Assembly: GCA_046704425.1 (NCBI GenBank)
Contig: JBJKRX010000158.1
Span: 7,354-71,353, forward strand
Reading direction: 5' to 3'
Source: Nitrospirota bacterium
GTDB lineage: Bacteria > Nitrospirota > UBA9217
DNA: 64,000 nucleotides
Shown here: positions 29,470 through 39,883 of the stretch, one piece after another
Layout of the letters: every line of letters starts with the position of its first letter
Position numbering within the stretch: the stretch's first letter is position 1
Notes under the pieces: model-generated
The model's database searches: none
Told to the model about the DNA's origin: nothing
The model's input: only the letters and a program-made list of their open reading frames with translations
Position numbers and translations under genes: made by a program

Positions 29470-30808
29470 GCTGTTCTCTCCTCTTTCGGATGGCGTGGTT
29501 GAGCGCCTCCTTGACCGCTGCAACGGTGGGCGGCACTTCGATGGGCTTGTTCGAGAAGCGGCAGGAGAAATCGAACCGCTCTTCGTGATACTGGATCTTG
29601 AAGTCCGTGAATTTGAGGCCGTGGGCCGTGGAAATGACCACCACGTGCTCGGAGCGGTCGACCTTTCCGGCCTTCACGAGCTTGATCAGCGCGGCCAAGG
29701 CCACGCCGGTGTGGGGGCAGTTGAACATGCCCGTGGTGTCGCCGAGCGCGGCAGCGTCGGCCAGCTCCTGCTCCGTGGCGTCCATCACGATGCCGTTGAA
29801 CTGTTTGAGCGTCCGGATCGCTTTCTGCACGCTCACGGGGTTGCCGATCTGGATTGCACTGGCGAGCGTCTTCTCGGCATGGATCGGCTCGAAGGACTCG
29901 AAATTCTTGAGGTACGCTCGGTAGAGCGGGTTGGCGCGCTCCGCCTGGGCTACCACGATCCGCGGCAGCTTGGCGATGAGCCCCAGGTCGCGCATCATGA
30001 GGAGCCCCGAGCCCAGGGCCGAGACGTTCCCCAGGTTGCCGCCGGGGATGATGATCACATCCGGCACCTCCCAGTCGAACTGCTGCACGATCTCGATGCC
30101 CACGGTCTTCTGGCCCTCGATCCGAAGGGAGTTCATGGAGTTGGCCAGGTAGATCGTCTCGTCCTTGGTGATCTCCTGCACCACCTTCATGCAGCCGTCG
30201 AAGTCCGTGTCGAGCTGCAGCACCAGCGCCCCGTTCGCGATGGGCTGGACGAGCTGGGCGGTCGAGATCTTGCCCTTGGGCAGAAGCACGATGGAGGGAA
30301 TCCCGGCTGCCGCGCAGTAGACGGCCAGGGCCGCCGAGGTGTCGCCGGTGGAGGCGCAGGCAACGGCCTGGATCGGCGCGCCTTCGCTGATCATCTGCTT
30401 CACCTGCGACACGAGCACGGTCATACCCAGGTCCTTGAAGGACCCGCTGTGGGAGTTGCCGCAAAGCTTGAGCCAGAGGTTGTCCAGGCCGATCAGCTTG
30501 CCGAACCGCTCGGCCCAGAAGAGGTTCGAGCCGCCTTCGTAGAGCGAGACCACGTTCTCGTCGTGGATCTGCGGCAGGATCCATTCCTTCTTGCCCCAGA
30601 CGCCCGAGCCGTAGGGCCAGGCTGTGGATTTGTACCGTTCCTCGAAGAGTTTCATCCATGCCGTGGCGCTGCGATGCGACAGGGCATGGACGTCGTGCTG
30701 CACCTCCAGGAGGGACCCGCAAGTGGTGCATCGGTAGATGACCTTGTTCAGGGGGTACTGCGCCTTACATTGCTCGTTGATGCATTGGAACCATGCTCGA
30801 TAGGACAT
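29462..30808 (-). CDS. thrC: threonine synthase (long form with N-terminal zinc ribbon)
   Basis: N-terminal CINEQC ... CTTC ribbon, PLP-lysine motif GSFKDLG and the TS core. Start set at MSYRAWF with GGAG RBS. Confidence 0.85.
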   Translation of the reverse strand: MSYRAWFQCINEQCKAQYPLNKVIYRCTTCGSLLEVQHDVHALSHRSATAWMKLFEERYKSTAWPYGSGVWGKKEWILPQIHDENVVSLYEGGSNLFWAERFGKLIGLDNLWLKLCGNSHSGSFKDLGMTVLVSQVKQMISEGAPIQAVACASTGDTSAALAVYCAAAGIPSIVLLPKGKISTAQLVQPIANGALVLQLDTDFDGCMKVVQEITKDETIYLANSMNSLRIEGQKTVGIEIVQQFDWEVPDVIIIPGGNLGNVSALGSGLLMMRDLGLIAKLPRIVVAQAERANPLYRAYLKNFESFEPIHAEKTLASAIQIGNPVSVQKAIRTLKQFNGIVMDATEQELADAAALGDTTGMFNCPHTGVALAALIKLVKAGKVDRSEHVVVISTAHGLKFTDFKIQYHEERFDFSCRFSNKPIEVPPTVAAVKEALNHAIRKRREQHG

Positions 30809-30876
30809 AGAGATCTCCGGATTCTCGTCGGGGAACTTTGTCTGCCGCAGGGATCGGTCGTCCCGGGGCAGCGCCA

Positions 30877-30906
30877 ACTATAGCACAGCAGGAGGCCGGG
30901 AATCAA
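30877..30906 (-). promoter_or_regulatory. putative sigma-70 promoter of thrC operon
   Basis: On the minus strand: TTGATT, 18-nt spacer, TATAGT, about 60 nt upstream of the thrC ATG. Confidence 0.35.
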
Positions 30907-30920
30907 TCGAAAAGTGGCGT

Positions 30921-32141
30921 CTAGAGCCAGCTTTTGGGGTCATATCCGCCGGCGACCTGGCGGTACAAGGCCTGCCAGAGCATCTTACGGCCCCAGCGGT
31001 ATTTGCCCCAGGGCCGGAGGAACGAGGCGATATCTTTCAGGACGATGAGCTTCTCGCGCATGCTGCGGCGTGCAAAGGCCCCGCGGAAATCGGCCTCGTG
31101 AGGCCTGCCGAAGAGGATGTGCAACACGTTCCACTGGTCCGAGCAATGCCGGACCTCGCTCCGGATCAAGGAACGATAGATCTCCTGGACCGGCCGGTTC
31201 CAGCGGAAGGCGTCTACGACGGCCTCTCCCGCGATGGCGCCGGAATGAAGGGCGCAGGACATGCCCTCGGCGATCATGTTCAGAAACCCCGCTGCCTGGC
31301 CGGTCACCAGGATGTTGCCGCGGCCGAAGACGTAGCGGTTCACGAGCGAGAGGCCGAAGTTGTTCACGCTCGCCTCGCGTGTCACGCAGGGCCCGAGCCG
31401 CACGCCGTGCCGCGCTTCCAGATAGGCGAGCGTCCGGGTGTGGCGTGCGGCGAGGTCGTCGTCGGCCTCGTAGCCCACCCCTACGATCTGGCGGCCGTTC
31501 CGTTCGTGGCTCCAGGTGTAGTAGCCCAGGCCGGGGTGGAACCAGTAGTGGAAGTATGCCGGGTCCAGGGGGCAGTCGATGATCTCGTGGAGATGCTGCT
31601 TCACCGTGAACCAGGTGATGCGCTGCCGGTAATCGGGGTAGAGCGTGCGCACCACCTGGGAGTTCGGGCCGTCCGCCCCGATCAGGAACCGGGCCCGGTA
31701 GCGGAACTCCTCGTGCCTGCCGTTCTTTGCCGTGATATCCACGTGCGAGCCGTGGTCCACGGCAGACACGAGCCGCATGTTGTCGTGCACCGTCACGCCG
31801 CTCCGCTTGATCGCCCAGTAGTCGGAAAAGGTGCGGTTCAGGTGCGGCGTGGTGCCGTGGTCGAACTCCATGGGCAACTCCACGCCGCTCGGGAAGTAAA
31901 AGGTCACCCCGCGGCAGGAGGCGGGCTCGTGCAGCACCTCCGGCGGCAGGGGGCCGAAGTTCTCGATCAGGAAACGGTGGCCCCGGGGCGAGATGATGCC
32001 GCTGCAGGGCTTGATGCGCGGCAAGGGGAAGCGTTCGAGGGCCACGGTTTCGAACCCCGCGTCCACGAGCCGCTTTGCTGCCGCTGCTGCGGAGAGGCTC
32101 GCCCCTGCGATCACCACATCGACGGTCCGGCGGTCGGTCAT
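30921..32141 (-). CDS. FAD-dependent oxidoreductase, geranylgeranyl-reductase-like
   Basis: DVVIAGASLSAAAAA dinucleotide-binding motif and GGR/FixC-like family features. ATG overlaps the upstream gene stop as ATGA. Confidence 0.7.
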   Translation of the reverse strand: MTDRRTVDVVIAGASLSAAAAAKRLVDAGFETVALERFPLPRIKPCSGIISPRGHRFLIENFGPLPPEVLHEPASCRGVTFYFPSGVELPMEFDHGTTPHLNRTFSDYWAIKRSGVTVHDNMRLVSAVDHGSHVDITAKNGRHEEFRYRARFLIGADGPNSQVVRTLYPDYRQRITWFTVKQHLHEIIDCPLDPAYFHYWFHPGLGYYTWSHERNGRQIVGVGYEADDDLAARHTRTLAYLEARHGVRLGPCVTREASVNNFGLSLVNRYVFGRGNILVTGQAAGFLNMIAEGMSCALHSGAIAGEAVVDAFRWNRPVQEIYRSLIRSEVRHCSDQWNVLHILFGRPHEADFRGAFARRSMREKLIVLKDIASFLRPWGKYRWGRKMLWQALYRQVAGGYDPKSWL

Positions 32142-33097
32142 GGCTGGGCCACCTCGCCGAGATGCAGGACCGGCAGGTCCGTATAGCGGGAGAACGCCGC
32201 AGCATCGTCCAGGTGCTCGGCCACGATCCGCAGAGCAGGCCTCCCTTCGAGCAGCCAGGCGATCTGGGCCTCCACGTCGACGACGTTCTCGTATCCTTCG
32301 CGGTGCTGCAGGCTTGATGCGCCCGTGGGGGTGGCTGCCCGGTGCAGGTCCAGGTTCATGAAGCACCCTGTCTCGTGCCGGAGCCTATCATAGAAAGGCG
32401 CCAGCTCTTTTCTCCCGGCATTATAGGCCCGCGTCTCGATCATGTAGAAATCGTCCGGCCTGAGCCCATTGCGCACTTCCGGGACCTCCAGGAGGGCCCT
32501 GCCCAGGGATCGGACCATGATCCTTTGCGGCAAGAGGACAGAGAGTACGTTCCTGAGCATCCCGTCGCTCACCACGATCTCCCTGGCCTTGGCGAGGGGC
32601 GAGAGGAACGAGGTCACGCGGTCCTGGTCCACCTCCACACCTGATTCCAGGCTATGCAGGACATCCTGTCCGTCGTCGTGCCACAGAACCGTTTCCTTCT
32701 GCTTTTTTTGGAGCAGGCTCTGCGTCAAGGCAGCAAGCGAGGCATTCGCCCTGAGGGACGGGCCGGGGATGAAGACGGACGAAGCGCGTTCTGCGGCCTG
32801 TCCTGCCGAGGGAAGCGCTTTTCGGGGAAACAGGCCTTCCAGGCTCTTGCGCAGGGCGAGGGTCATTTCCTGGGTGCGGATGCCGCGGGGGCAGATGCTC
32901 GCGCAGGAGCCGCAGAGAATGCATGCCTTGGCCGAGGACGCAAGGTCTTCCGGAACTGCGCCGCCGGCAGCGGCCCGGGTCCTGCCGCAATAGGTCAGGG
33001 ACTGGGTCTTGTGCTGCATCCAGACCGGGCAGGAGAGCATGCAGACCCCGCAGCCGTTGCAGTCGTCGTGTTTTTGGTCGGGAAGGAGCCTTCTCAT
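32138..33097 (-). CDS. 4Fe-4S dicluster domain protein
   Basis: CNGCGVCMLSCP and CILCGSCASICP ferredoxin motifs at the N-terminus. C-terminal ~200 aa has no recognisable domain. 1-nt start/stop overlap with the upstream gene. Confidence 0.7.
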   Translation of the reverse strand: MRRLLPDQKHDDCNGCGVCMLSCPVWMQHKTQSLTYCGRTRAAAGGAVPEDLASSAKACILCGSCASICPRGIRTQEMTLALRKSLEGLFPRKALPSAGQAAERASSVFIPGPSLRANASLAALTQSLLQKKQKETVLWHDDGQDVLHSLESGVEVDQDRVTSFLSPLAKAREIVVSDGMLRNVLSVLLPQRIMVRSLGRALLEVPEVRNGLRPDDFYMIETRAYNAGRKELAPFYDRLRHETGCFMNLDLHRAATPTGASSLQHREGYENVVDVEAQIAWLLEGRPALRIVAEHLDDAAAFSRYTDLPVLHLGEVAQP

Positions 33098-34680
33098 CAG
33101 AAGATCACGTTCCTGTTCAGGATCAGGCCGGGATCGACCTCTTTCTTCATGGCCAGGTGCCGGTCCACGACCTCGTCGCCGAAGACCCGCCTGATGTACC
33201 CTTTCATCATGCCGCCGAAGCGGTAGTAGCTCGTCTTCATGTCCGCGCCGATGTCGTAGATCTCGTTCTTGAAGGACTGGAGATGGTCGCGGCTGTAGGG
33301 GAGGCCGTCCAGCATGGGCTCGAATTCGCAGCCATAAGCGATGCCCTCGGCATCGGGCGGGATGCAGGAGAGCTCGTAACGCTCCCGCGGCCCCAGGAGC
33401 TTGATGCCCACGCAGTAGAGGGTGTAATGGGGGAAGTATTTCTTGCAGACCGCGTTGCCGCGCAGCACCGCCTCGATGAACTTTTCCCGGCTCGTTGCCA
33501 GGTCCGGGATGACCATCTGCTTGCCGCCCCAGTACTTCCAGACCGCATGCGAGAAGACCACGGTCCGGTCAACGATCTTGTCGCCCTGGAGATGATGCTT
33601 CGGCCTGAGGTCCGGCAGGAGGGTCCGCTTGCGGTTCAGGAGATAGAGGGCCTCGCGGATTTTCCAGGGACGCAGACCGTAATGGAGCCCCGTGCGGAGT
33701 GCAAAGCCCAGCTCGCCGTGGCCCCGGATGCGCGATCGCCAGCGCGCCCGGAACTCTCGCTCGCGCTCGTCGGAGTCGAATGCCACGAGCAGGTTCACGG
33801 CCCGGTCGAGCATGGTCAGGATTCCCATGTAGTCCGCAGCGTCCTCCTCGCTGACCATAACCAGATCTTCCATAGCCGTGCGCAGGTCTGCGTAGTAGAA
33901 GTACTGCATGCTGAGGGGCGTATAGGGCCGGACACGGAGAACGGCCTCGGTGATCACGCCGAACTGGCCGTAGCCCAGGAGCACGCGGTTGAACCACCAG
34001 GGGTTCTCGGCCTCGGAGCAGCGGACCACCTCGCCCGTGGGCGTCACGACCGTGAGCGCCACGGCCTGGTCAGCGCTGCAGCCCAGGCGCGGAGAGTTGA
34101 TGTCGATGCCGCCCACGCCGAGCGTGCCTCCCACCGAAGAGGTCATGTTGAGCGGCGCCGAGAGGTAGTCGAGGCCCTGCCTGCGCAGGGACTCGGCAAG
34201 GGAGTGCCAGAAAATGCCTGCCTCGCAGGTCACGGTCATGGCTTCGCGGTCGATGGAGAGCACGCGGCTCATGCCGCGCATGTCGAGCTGGAGCCCGCCG
34301 AAGGAGACGGACTCGCCCTCGGTCGTGAGCCCCCCGCCGCGCACCGTGACCGGCACGCCATGGCGCTGCGCCATGCGCAGAATTTCGGCCACCATCTCGG
34401 TCGAGCGGGCGATCGCAGCGCCCAGGGGCATGCCGTAGGCCATTCCTCCCGCGTCGGTTACGTAGAGCGAGCAGGATGGCCTGCGCTCGTCCACAACGAT
34501 GCCTTTTGCGGCCAGGCCATCCACGAAAGGCCGCCAACCATCGCCCTGCCAGCGGTCCGGGTTCGTCTGGAGCCGCGGGACGGTAACGAGCGATTCGGGG
34601 CCGACTGCGCACCGCGGGATCTCACCCGGCTTGGGCGGGGTGATGGGAATAGGGGCAGGCTGTATTCTGGGGTGCATCAT
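33097..34680 (-). CDS. FAD-linked oxidase (PCMH-type FAD-binding domain)
   Basis: RGGGLTTEG ... VGG FAD-binding pattern of the GlcD/D-LDH/AGPS-like family. 527 aa. Confidence 0.75.
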   Translation of the reverse strand: MMHPRIQPAPIPITPPKPGEIPRCAVGPESLVTVPRLQTNPDRWQGDGWRPFVDGLAAKGIVVDERRPSCSLYVTDAGGMAYGMPLGAAIARSTEMVAEILRMAQRHGVPVTVRGGGLTTEGESVSFGGLQLDMRGMSRVLSIDREAMTVTCEAGIFWHSLAESLRRQGLDYLSAPLNMTSSVGGTLGVGGIDINSPRLGCSADQAVALTVVTPTGEVVRCSEAENPWWFNRVLLGYGQFGVITEAVLRVRPYTPLSMQYFYYADLRTAMEDLVMVSEEDAADYMGILTMLDRAVNLLVAFDSDEREREFRARWRSRIRGHGELGFALRTGLHYGLRPWKIREALYLLNRKRTLLPDLRPKHHLQGDKIVDRTVVFSHAVWKYWGGKQMVIPDLATSREKFIEAVLRGNAVCKKYFPHYTLYCVGIKLLGPRERYELSCIPPDAEGIAYGCEFEPMLDGLPYSRDHLQSFKNEIYDIGADMKTSYYRFGGMMKGYIRRVFGDEVVDRHLAMKKEVDPGLILNRNVIF

Positions 34681-34720
34681 GTGAAAGATAGTGTTATTTC
34701 AGTAGGTTAGCGAAGTTTCG

Positions 34721-34739
34721 GATCGGTCCCGGACCGATC
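34721..34739. promoter_or_regulatory. 19-bp perfect palindrome (GATCGGTCC-C-GGACCGATC), putative operator
   Basis: Read directly from the sequence. Lies 41-59 nt upstream of the FAD-oxidase operon start codon (minus strand). Confidence 0.4.
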
Positions 34740-34929
34740 GTTCAGGTCTGGCAATATACACGGATGTCGAGGTTTTCGCAATATTCATGAAGGGCAGGGA
34801 ACTGAAAAAACGGACGAAAAAGCAGGTCATTTCACCGCGAAGGCGCGAAGGACGCAAAGGGGTTCTTGAACTAAAATAGGTACAAGCTTTTCTTCGCGCT
34901 CTTGGCGCCTTAGCGGCAAAAGTTCTGGA

Positions 34930-36054
34930 CTACGGCTCAACAGCCACCAACTCATACTTTCTCGACCCGAGCCCCAGCCGCTCCGCTTCTTCGATCTGAA
35001 TATCCATCGGTCTCGGATTCAGTTTATACATCACATCGTCCCCCGGCTTGGCGCCTGCTTCCTCTGCCGCAGACTGGGGCAGGGGATTCGCCTTGCGCAG
35101 GATGTCGAGCGATGCCTGCTCCAAAGCAACAAGATCGTCGGAAACCACAATGCCCTGGTCCTGGAGCACCGGCACGTCGGCAACGGGCATGCAGTCGCAC
35201 TCGGGCTGGATCCCGAAGAGGAAGTTGGCATAGAGTACCTTTCCCTTCTCGAAGGTGGAAAGCACGGCTGCTGCGGCCTCTGCCAGGCTTTTCTGGAAGG
35301 CCACGTCGTCCTGGGGCAGGGTGAGGGCGCCTTCCTGACAGACTCGGGAGCACCTGCCGCAATGCCAGCAAAGGTTCTCGTCCACCACAAAGGCCCCGTC
35401 CTGGAAATCGATGGCATGGAGAGGACAGATGTTCTTGCACTGTTCGCAGAAGGTGCAGACCTCGGGGTTCCACTGGAGCCCTGCCTCGCCGTGGCAGTGC
35501 ATGGCGCCGCGGCCCTTCTTCCAGCCGTGTTTGCGGTGACGGGAGCTCACGCAGCCCATGGCCAGGTTCTTGATGGCGCCGGCGTAGCCCGCGTTGATGT
35601 GGCCCTTGACGTGCGAGCAGACGACCATGGCCGGCGCGTCGTGGATCGCCGAGGCCACGGCGATCTCGCCCAGGATCGGGCCCGCCTTGACCAGCATGCT
35701 GTCCCTGCCGTAGAGTCCGTCCGCAAGCACTATGGGCGCGCCGCAGGAGAGATGGTTCAGGCCGTTCTGGTTCGCCACCTCCAGGTAGTCGAGCCCCAGA
35801 ATCCTGACCGTGTCCGTAACAAAGGGCTTTGCCTTGGTCGCGCGTATTGCATCAGCGATCTTATGGATCAAGACCGGCGGTACGATCCGAAAGGCGCCGT
35901 GGGACCCCCAGTGCATCTTGATCGCGACCCAGTCGTCCTTGCTGAAGTGATCGGAGAATTTCAACCTCGCCAGGAGCGTTTCGAGCTTTCCCGGGACGCT
36001 GTGGTGATAGTCCCAACGGAGCGTACGTGCGGAAGAGAAGTAGACCTTCGTCAT
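34930..36054 (-). CDS. DUF362-domain protein with 4Fe-4S ferredoxin insert
   Basis: Two CxxCxxCxxxCP-type motifs (CTFCEQCKNICP, CWHCGRCSRVC) inside a DUF362-like scaffold. Confidence 0.6.
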   Translation of the reverse strand: MTKVYFSSARTLRWDYHHSVPGKLETLLARLKFSDHFSKDDWVAIKMHWGSHGAFRIVPPVLIHKIADAIRATKAKPFVTDTVRILGLDYLEVANQNGLNHLSCGAPIVLADGLYGRDSMLVKAGPILGEIAVASAIHDAPAMVVCSHVKGHINAGYAGAIKNLAMGCVSSRHRKHGWKKGRGAMHCHGEAGLQWNPEVCTFCEQCKNICPLHAIDFQDGAFVVDENLCWHCGRCSRVCQEGALTLPQDDVAFQKSLAEAAAAVLSTFEKGKVLYANFLFGIQPECDCMPVADVPVLQDQGIVVSDDLVALEQASLDILRKANPLPQSAAEEAGAKPGDDVMYKLNPRPMDIQIEEAERLGLGSRKYELVAVEP

Positions 36055-36216
36055 GGTTGCACCTCATCGAAAGAAAGATTTTGCTTTTCTCTGTATCGGC
36101 TTGATAGCGTTGGGTTGACGATATTGATGTCTTTATACCATAAGTCCGCCTTGGGGAGCAACGGGAAGGGCTTTTTCCGTTGCGCAGGACCGTTTTTTCG
36201 GGTATTCTGGCTTCCC

Positions 36217-37119
36217 ATGGGCGCAGCGAAAAAGTTTCGTTCCGGGTTCATCTCGATCGTCGGCAGGCCGAACGTGGGCAAGTCCACACTCCTGAATGCC
36301 CTCCTGGGCGAGAAGATCGCGATCACCTCGCGCAAGCCCCAGACCACGCGGAACCGCATCCTCGGCATGGTGAACCTGCCTTCGGCCCAGCTCGTCTTCA
36401 TGGACACCCCGGGCATTCACAAGCCCCTGCACCGCATGGACGAGCTTATGGTCAAGTCAGCGCTCGCCACGTACAACGAGGTAGACCTGATCCTGCTCCT
36501 TGTCGAGGCGACCGCCTTACCCGGCGCGGGAGACCGGTTCATCATCGATTCACTAGCACAGGTCAAGACCCCGGTCTTCCTGATCTTGAACAAGATCGAC
36601 CTGGTGGACAAGGAGCGGCTCCTTCCCCTCATCCAGGAATACAGCGGCCTTTATGACTTCGCCGAGATCGTGCCCATCTCGGCGCTCAGGAAGGATCTGG
36701 GCGGCCTGCTTACGGCCGTGGAGAAGCGCCTTCCCGAAGGGCCGCGATACTTTCCCGAGGATCAGCTCACGGACCAGCCCGAGCGGTTCATCGTTGCCGA
36801 GATGGTGCGCGAGAAGATCTTCAGTCTCACCAAGGAAGAGGTGCCCTATTCCACGACCGTGGTGGTCGAGGAGATGCAGGAAGAGCCCGGGCTTACGCGC
36901 ATCCATGCGCTGATCATCGCGGAACGCGACTCGCAGAAAGGGATCCTGATCGGCAAGGGCGGGGCCATGCTGAAAAAGATCGGGACCCTGGCGCGCCAGG
37001 ACGCCGAACGCCTCCTGGGCGCCAAGATCTTTCTGAAGCTTCGGGTAACGGTCCAGAAGAGCTGGCGCGAGGACGAGAAGATGCTGCGGAACATGGGGAT
37101 AGGAGTGAAAGATGCATGA
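36217..37119 (+). CDS. era: GTPase Era
   Basis: GRPNVGKST G1 motif, DTPG motif, NKID motif and C-terminal KH domain. Confidence 0.9.
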   Translation: MGAAKKFRSGFISIVGRPNVGKSTLLNALLGEKIAITSRKPQTTRNRILGMVNLPSAQLVFMDTPGIHKPLHRMDELMVKSALATYNEVDLILLLVEATALPGAGDRFIIDSLAQVKTPVFLILNKIDLVDKERLLPLIQEYSGLYDFAEIVPISALRKDLGGLLTAVEKRLPEGPRYFPEDQLTDQPERFIVAEMVREKIFSLTKEEVPYSTTVVVEEMQEEPGLTRIHALIIAERDSQKGILIGKGGAMLKKIGTLARQDAERLLGAKIFLKLRVTVQKSWREDEKMLRNMGIGVKDA

Positions 37120-37741
37120 ACTGATCCACTGGCTCGTTGAGACCATCAGCGCCCTGGGCTATCCCGGCATCTTCGTGCTCATGGCTATCGAGAGTTCGAT
37201 CATCCCGCTTCCGAGCGAGCTCGTGATGCCGCCCGCGGGGTATCTTGCACAGCAGGGCAGGATGGACCTCTCCCTTGCCATCCTCTGCGGGGCGCTGGGG
37301 AACCTGGCAGGAGCCTACGTCAACTATTTCGCGGCCCGCCATCTCGGCAGGCCGCTGGTCCTGAAATACGGCAAATACGTCTGGATCACCGAAGAGAAGT
37401 TTGCGCAGGTGGACCGCTACTTCCTGGCCCACGGCGAGATTTCCATCTTCCTTGCCAGGCTCTTCCCGGTGGTGCGCCATCTCATCTCGCTCCCCGCGGG
37501 CCTTGCCAAAATGAATCGCATTAAGTTCTCGCTCTACACCCTCGCGGGCTCGGGGATCTGGGTCACGGTCCTCGCCTGCATCGGCTACGTGATCGGCGCA
37601 AACCAGGCCCTCATTATGCGATACTCGCATCATGCCCTTATCGTTGTGATGCTGGTCAGTGCGGTGATCATCTATTTCTATGTCAGGGCGCATAAACGGA
37701 AGAAACAGGCCCGTACCGCACAGCCGGAACAACGACCCTGA
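37112..37741 (+). CDS. DedA family membrane protein
   Basis: DedA/SNARE-associated core (GYPGIFVLMAIESSIIPLPSE). Confidence 0.8.
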   Translation: MHELIHWLVETISALGYPGIFVLMAIESSIIPLPSELVMPPAGYLAQQGRMDLSLAILCGALGNLAGAYVNYFAARHLGRPLVLKYGKYVWITEEKFAQVDRYFLAHGEISIFLARLFPVVRHLISLPAGLAKMNRIKFSLYTLAGSGIWVTVLACIGYVIGANQALIMRYSHHALIVVMLVSAVIIYFYVRAHKRKKQARTAQPEQRP

Positions 37742-37762
37742 ACATTCCGGAGGTCCTCTCTG

Positions 37763-38497
37763 ATGAATATTCTCTTGCCCTCACTTCTTTCTCTTGCCAT
37801 TACGCTCGGCATTGCGCCGACGAGCAACCCCTTCGAGGTGGATACGATCGAGACCTCCGGGGGCAAGCTCGCGATCACCTTCATCGGCCACAGCTCGCTC
37901 CTCTTCACCTATAAGGGCAAGACCTTGTACCTCGATCCCTGGACCCAGCTCGCCGATTACACGAAAATGCCCAAGGCGGACATTATTGCCGTTACGCACG
38001 AACACCGGGACCACCTCGATCCTACTGCCATTGCGGCCATTCGCACGGATAAGACCGTTGTCATGGGAACCGCAAATTGCGCAGCGCAGGTTCCCGGCAT
38101 CGCGGTCATGCAGAACGGAGACACACAGACAGTGGCAGGGATCGCGATCGAGGCAGTGCCGGCGTATAACCTGGTGCATAAGCGTGAGAACGGCCAGCCT
38201 TTCCATCCGAAGGGCGCGGGGAACGGCTACGTCCTTACCTTCGGCGATACGCGGGTCTATGTAGCAGGTGACACGGAGAGCATCCCGGAGATGAAGAATT
38301 TGCAGAACATTGCCATCGCCTTTTTGCCCATGAACATGCCCTACACCATGACCCCGGCGATGGCAGCCGACGCCGCACGCATGGTCAAACCGCGCATTCT
38401 CTACCCCTATCACTTTGGCGACACGGATGTGACAAAGCTCACTGATCTGCTCGGAGACCAGAAGGAGATCGAGGTCCGAGGCAGAAAGTTGTCGTAG
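37763..38497 (+). CDS. MBL-fold metallo-hydrolase, secreted
   Basis: THEHRDHLD metal-binding motif. N-terminal signal-like sequence. Confidence 0.7.
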   Translation: MNILLPSLLSLAITLGIAPTSNPFEVDTIETSGGKLAITFIGHSSLLFTYKGKTLYLDPWTQLADYTKMPKADIIAVTHEHRDHLDPTAIAAIRTDKTVVMGTANCAAQVPGIAVMQNGDTQTVAGIAIEAVPAYNLVHKRENGQPFHPKGAGNGYVLTFGDTRVYVAGDTESIPEMKNLQNIAIAFLPMNMPYTMTPAMAADAARMVKPRILYPYHFGDTDVTKLTDLLGDQKEIEVRGRKLS

Positions 38498-38633
38498 CTG
38501 GCATGCGGACTGATCACGAGCTGCGCGCCGTATCATGCGGGAGATCGCGTATGATTTTATGAACCACTGACGATTGCCTATGGGGCTTCACTCATTGGCG
38601 GCAGCGGACAGCGCTCACACGAAGGAGAAGGCA

Positions 38634-39341
38634 ATGCGCGTTGACGGCAGGAGGGCGGACGAGCTCCGCAGGATCACCATCACGAGGAACTATCTGAAGA
38701 ACTGCGAAGGATCGGTCCTGATCGCCATGGGCGACACGAAGGTCATCTGTGCGGCCACGGTCGAGAATTCCGTGCCGCCCTTCCTGCGCGGGAAGGGGAC
38801 GGGGTGGGTCACGGCCGAGTACGCCATGCTGCCGCGATCGTCGGGCCAGCGCGTCCCGCGCGAACGCGGCAAGGTGGGCGGCAGGACGCACGAGATCCAG
38901 CGGCTTATCGGGAGGTCCCTGCGCGCGGTCACGGACCTGGCCATGCTCGGCGAGCGGTCGGTCCTGATCGACTGCGACGTGCTGCAGGCCGACGGTGGGA
39001 CGCGCACGGCATCGATCACCGGGGCCTGGGTGGCGCTTGTGGACGCTTTGCAGAATATCCGCGAAAAGGGCATGATCGCTGATCTGCCGGTGAACGACTC
39101 CCTAGCCGCGGTGAGCGTCGGGATCGTGAACGGCAAGCCCTTGCTCGATCTCTGCTATGCCGAGGATTCGGCTGCGGAGACCGATATGAACCTCGTTATG
39201 ACCGGTTCGGGCGGCATCGTGGAGGTGCAGGGCACAGCCGAAGGGGCGCCCTTCTCCCGGGAGGAACTGGACCGGCTCCTGGCTCTTGGGGAAAAGGGGA
39301 TCCGGTCCCTCATCCGGAAGCAGAAAGAATCGCTGGCATGA
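38634..39341 (+). CDS. rph: ribonuclease PH
   Basis: RNase PH core ([18 protein letters not shown]). GAAGGAGAAG RBS before ATG 38634. Confidence 0.9.
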   Translation: MRVDGRRADELRRITITRNYLKNCEGSVLIAMGDTKVICAATVENSVPPFLRGKGTGWVTAEYAMLPRSSGQRVPRERGKVGGRTHEIQRLIGRSLRAVTDLAMLGERSVLIDCDVLQADGGTRTASITGAWVALVDALQNIREKGMIADLPVNDSLAAVSVGIVNGKPLLDLCYAEDSAAETDMNLVMTGSGGIVEVQGTAEGAPFSREELDRLLALGEKGIRSLIRKQKESLA

Positions 39342-39883
39342 GCCCCTTTCTCACGTCCTGCGCCCTGATCACGCTCGCGGAGATGGGCGACAAGACCCAG
39401 CTTCTGGCCATGACATTCGCCACCCGCTATCCGGTTCGGGTCGTGTTGGGAGGCGTCTTCGCGGCAACAGCGGCGAACCACCTGCTCGCCGTCCTCATGG
39501 GTCATTCCCTGGCGCGGATCATCCCCCTGCATGCGGTCCGGATCGCTGCCTCGATCTCCTTCATCCTCTTCGGGCTCTGGACCCTGCACAAGGATGAACT
39601 GCACGGGGAGGACAAACAGTCCCGCCGCAGTCCCTTCTGGACGGTTTGCATTGCCTTCTTCCTCGCCGAGATGGGCGACAAGACGCAGCTTGCCACGTTC
39701 GCTCTGGCTGCGGAATTCAGCGTCATCGTCCCCGTCTGGGCTGGCACGACCACGGGAATGCTGCTTGCGGACGCGGTGGGCATCGCGGCCGGCGCTGCAA
39801 TCGAGCGGAAGGTGTCGCGGAAGCACCTGCGCTGGTTCACCGCGATCGCCTTTATTCTTTTCGGTCTCCTCGGCCTGCTGTAA
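39338..39883 (+). CDS. UPF0016 (GDT1/TMEM165-like) cation transporter
   Basis: Two E-x-G-D-K-T-Q repeats (EMGDKTQ twice). Six TM helices. Confidence 0.75.
   Translation: MSPFLTSCALITLAEMGDKTQLLAMTFATRYPVRVVLGGVFAATAANHLLAVLMGHSLARIIPLHAVRIAASISFILFGLWTLHKDELHGEDKQSRRSPFWTVCIAFFLAEMGDKTQLATFALAAEFSVIVPVWAGTTTGMLLADAVGIAAGAAIERKVSRKHLRWFTAIAFILFGLLGLL

Noticed and set aside
30985-32205. Alternative 406-aa minus-strand ORF and the 362-aa plus-strand ORF (31098-32186) over the GGR-like gene
   Set aside because: Only the 30921-32141 frame gives a dinucleotide-binding motif and flavoprotein-like sequence. The others are low-complexity Arg/Pro/Gly-rich.
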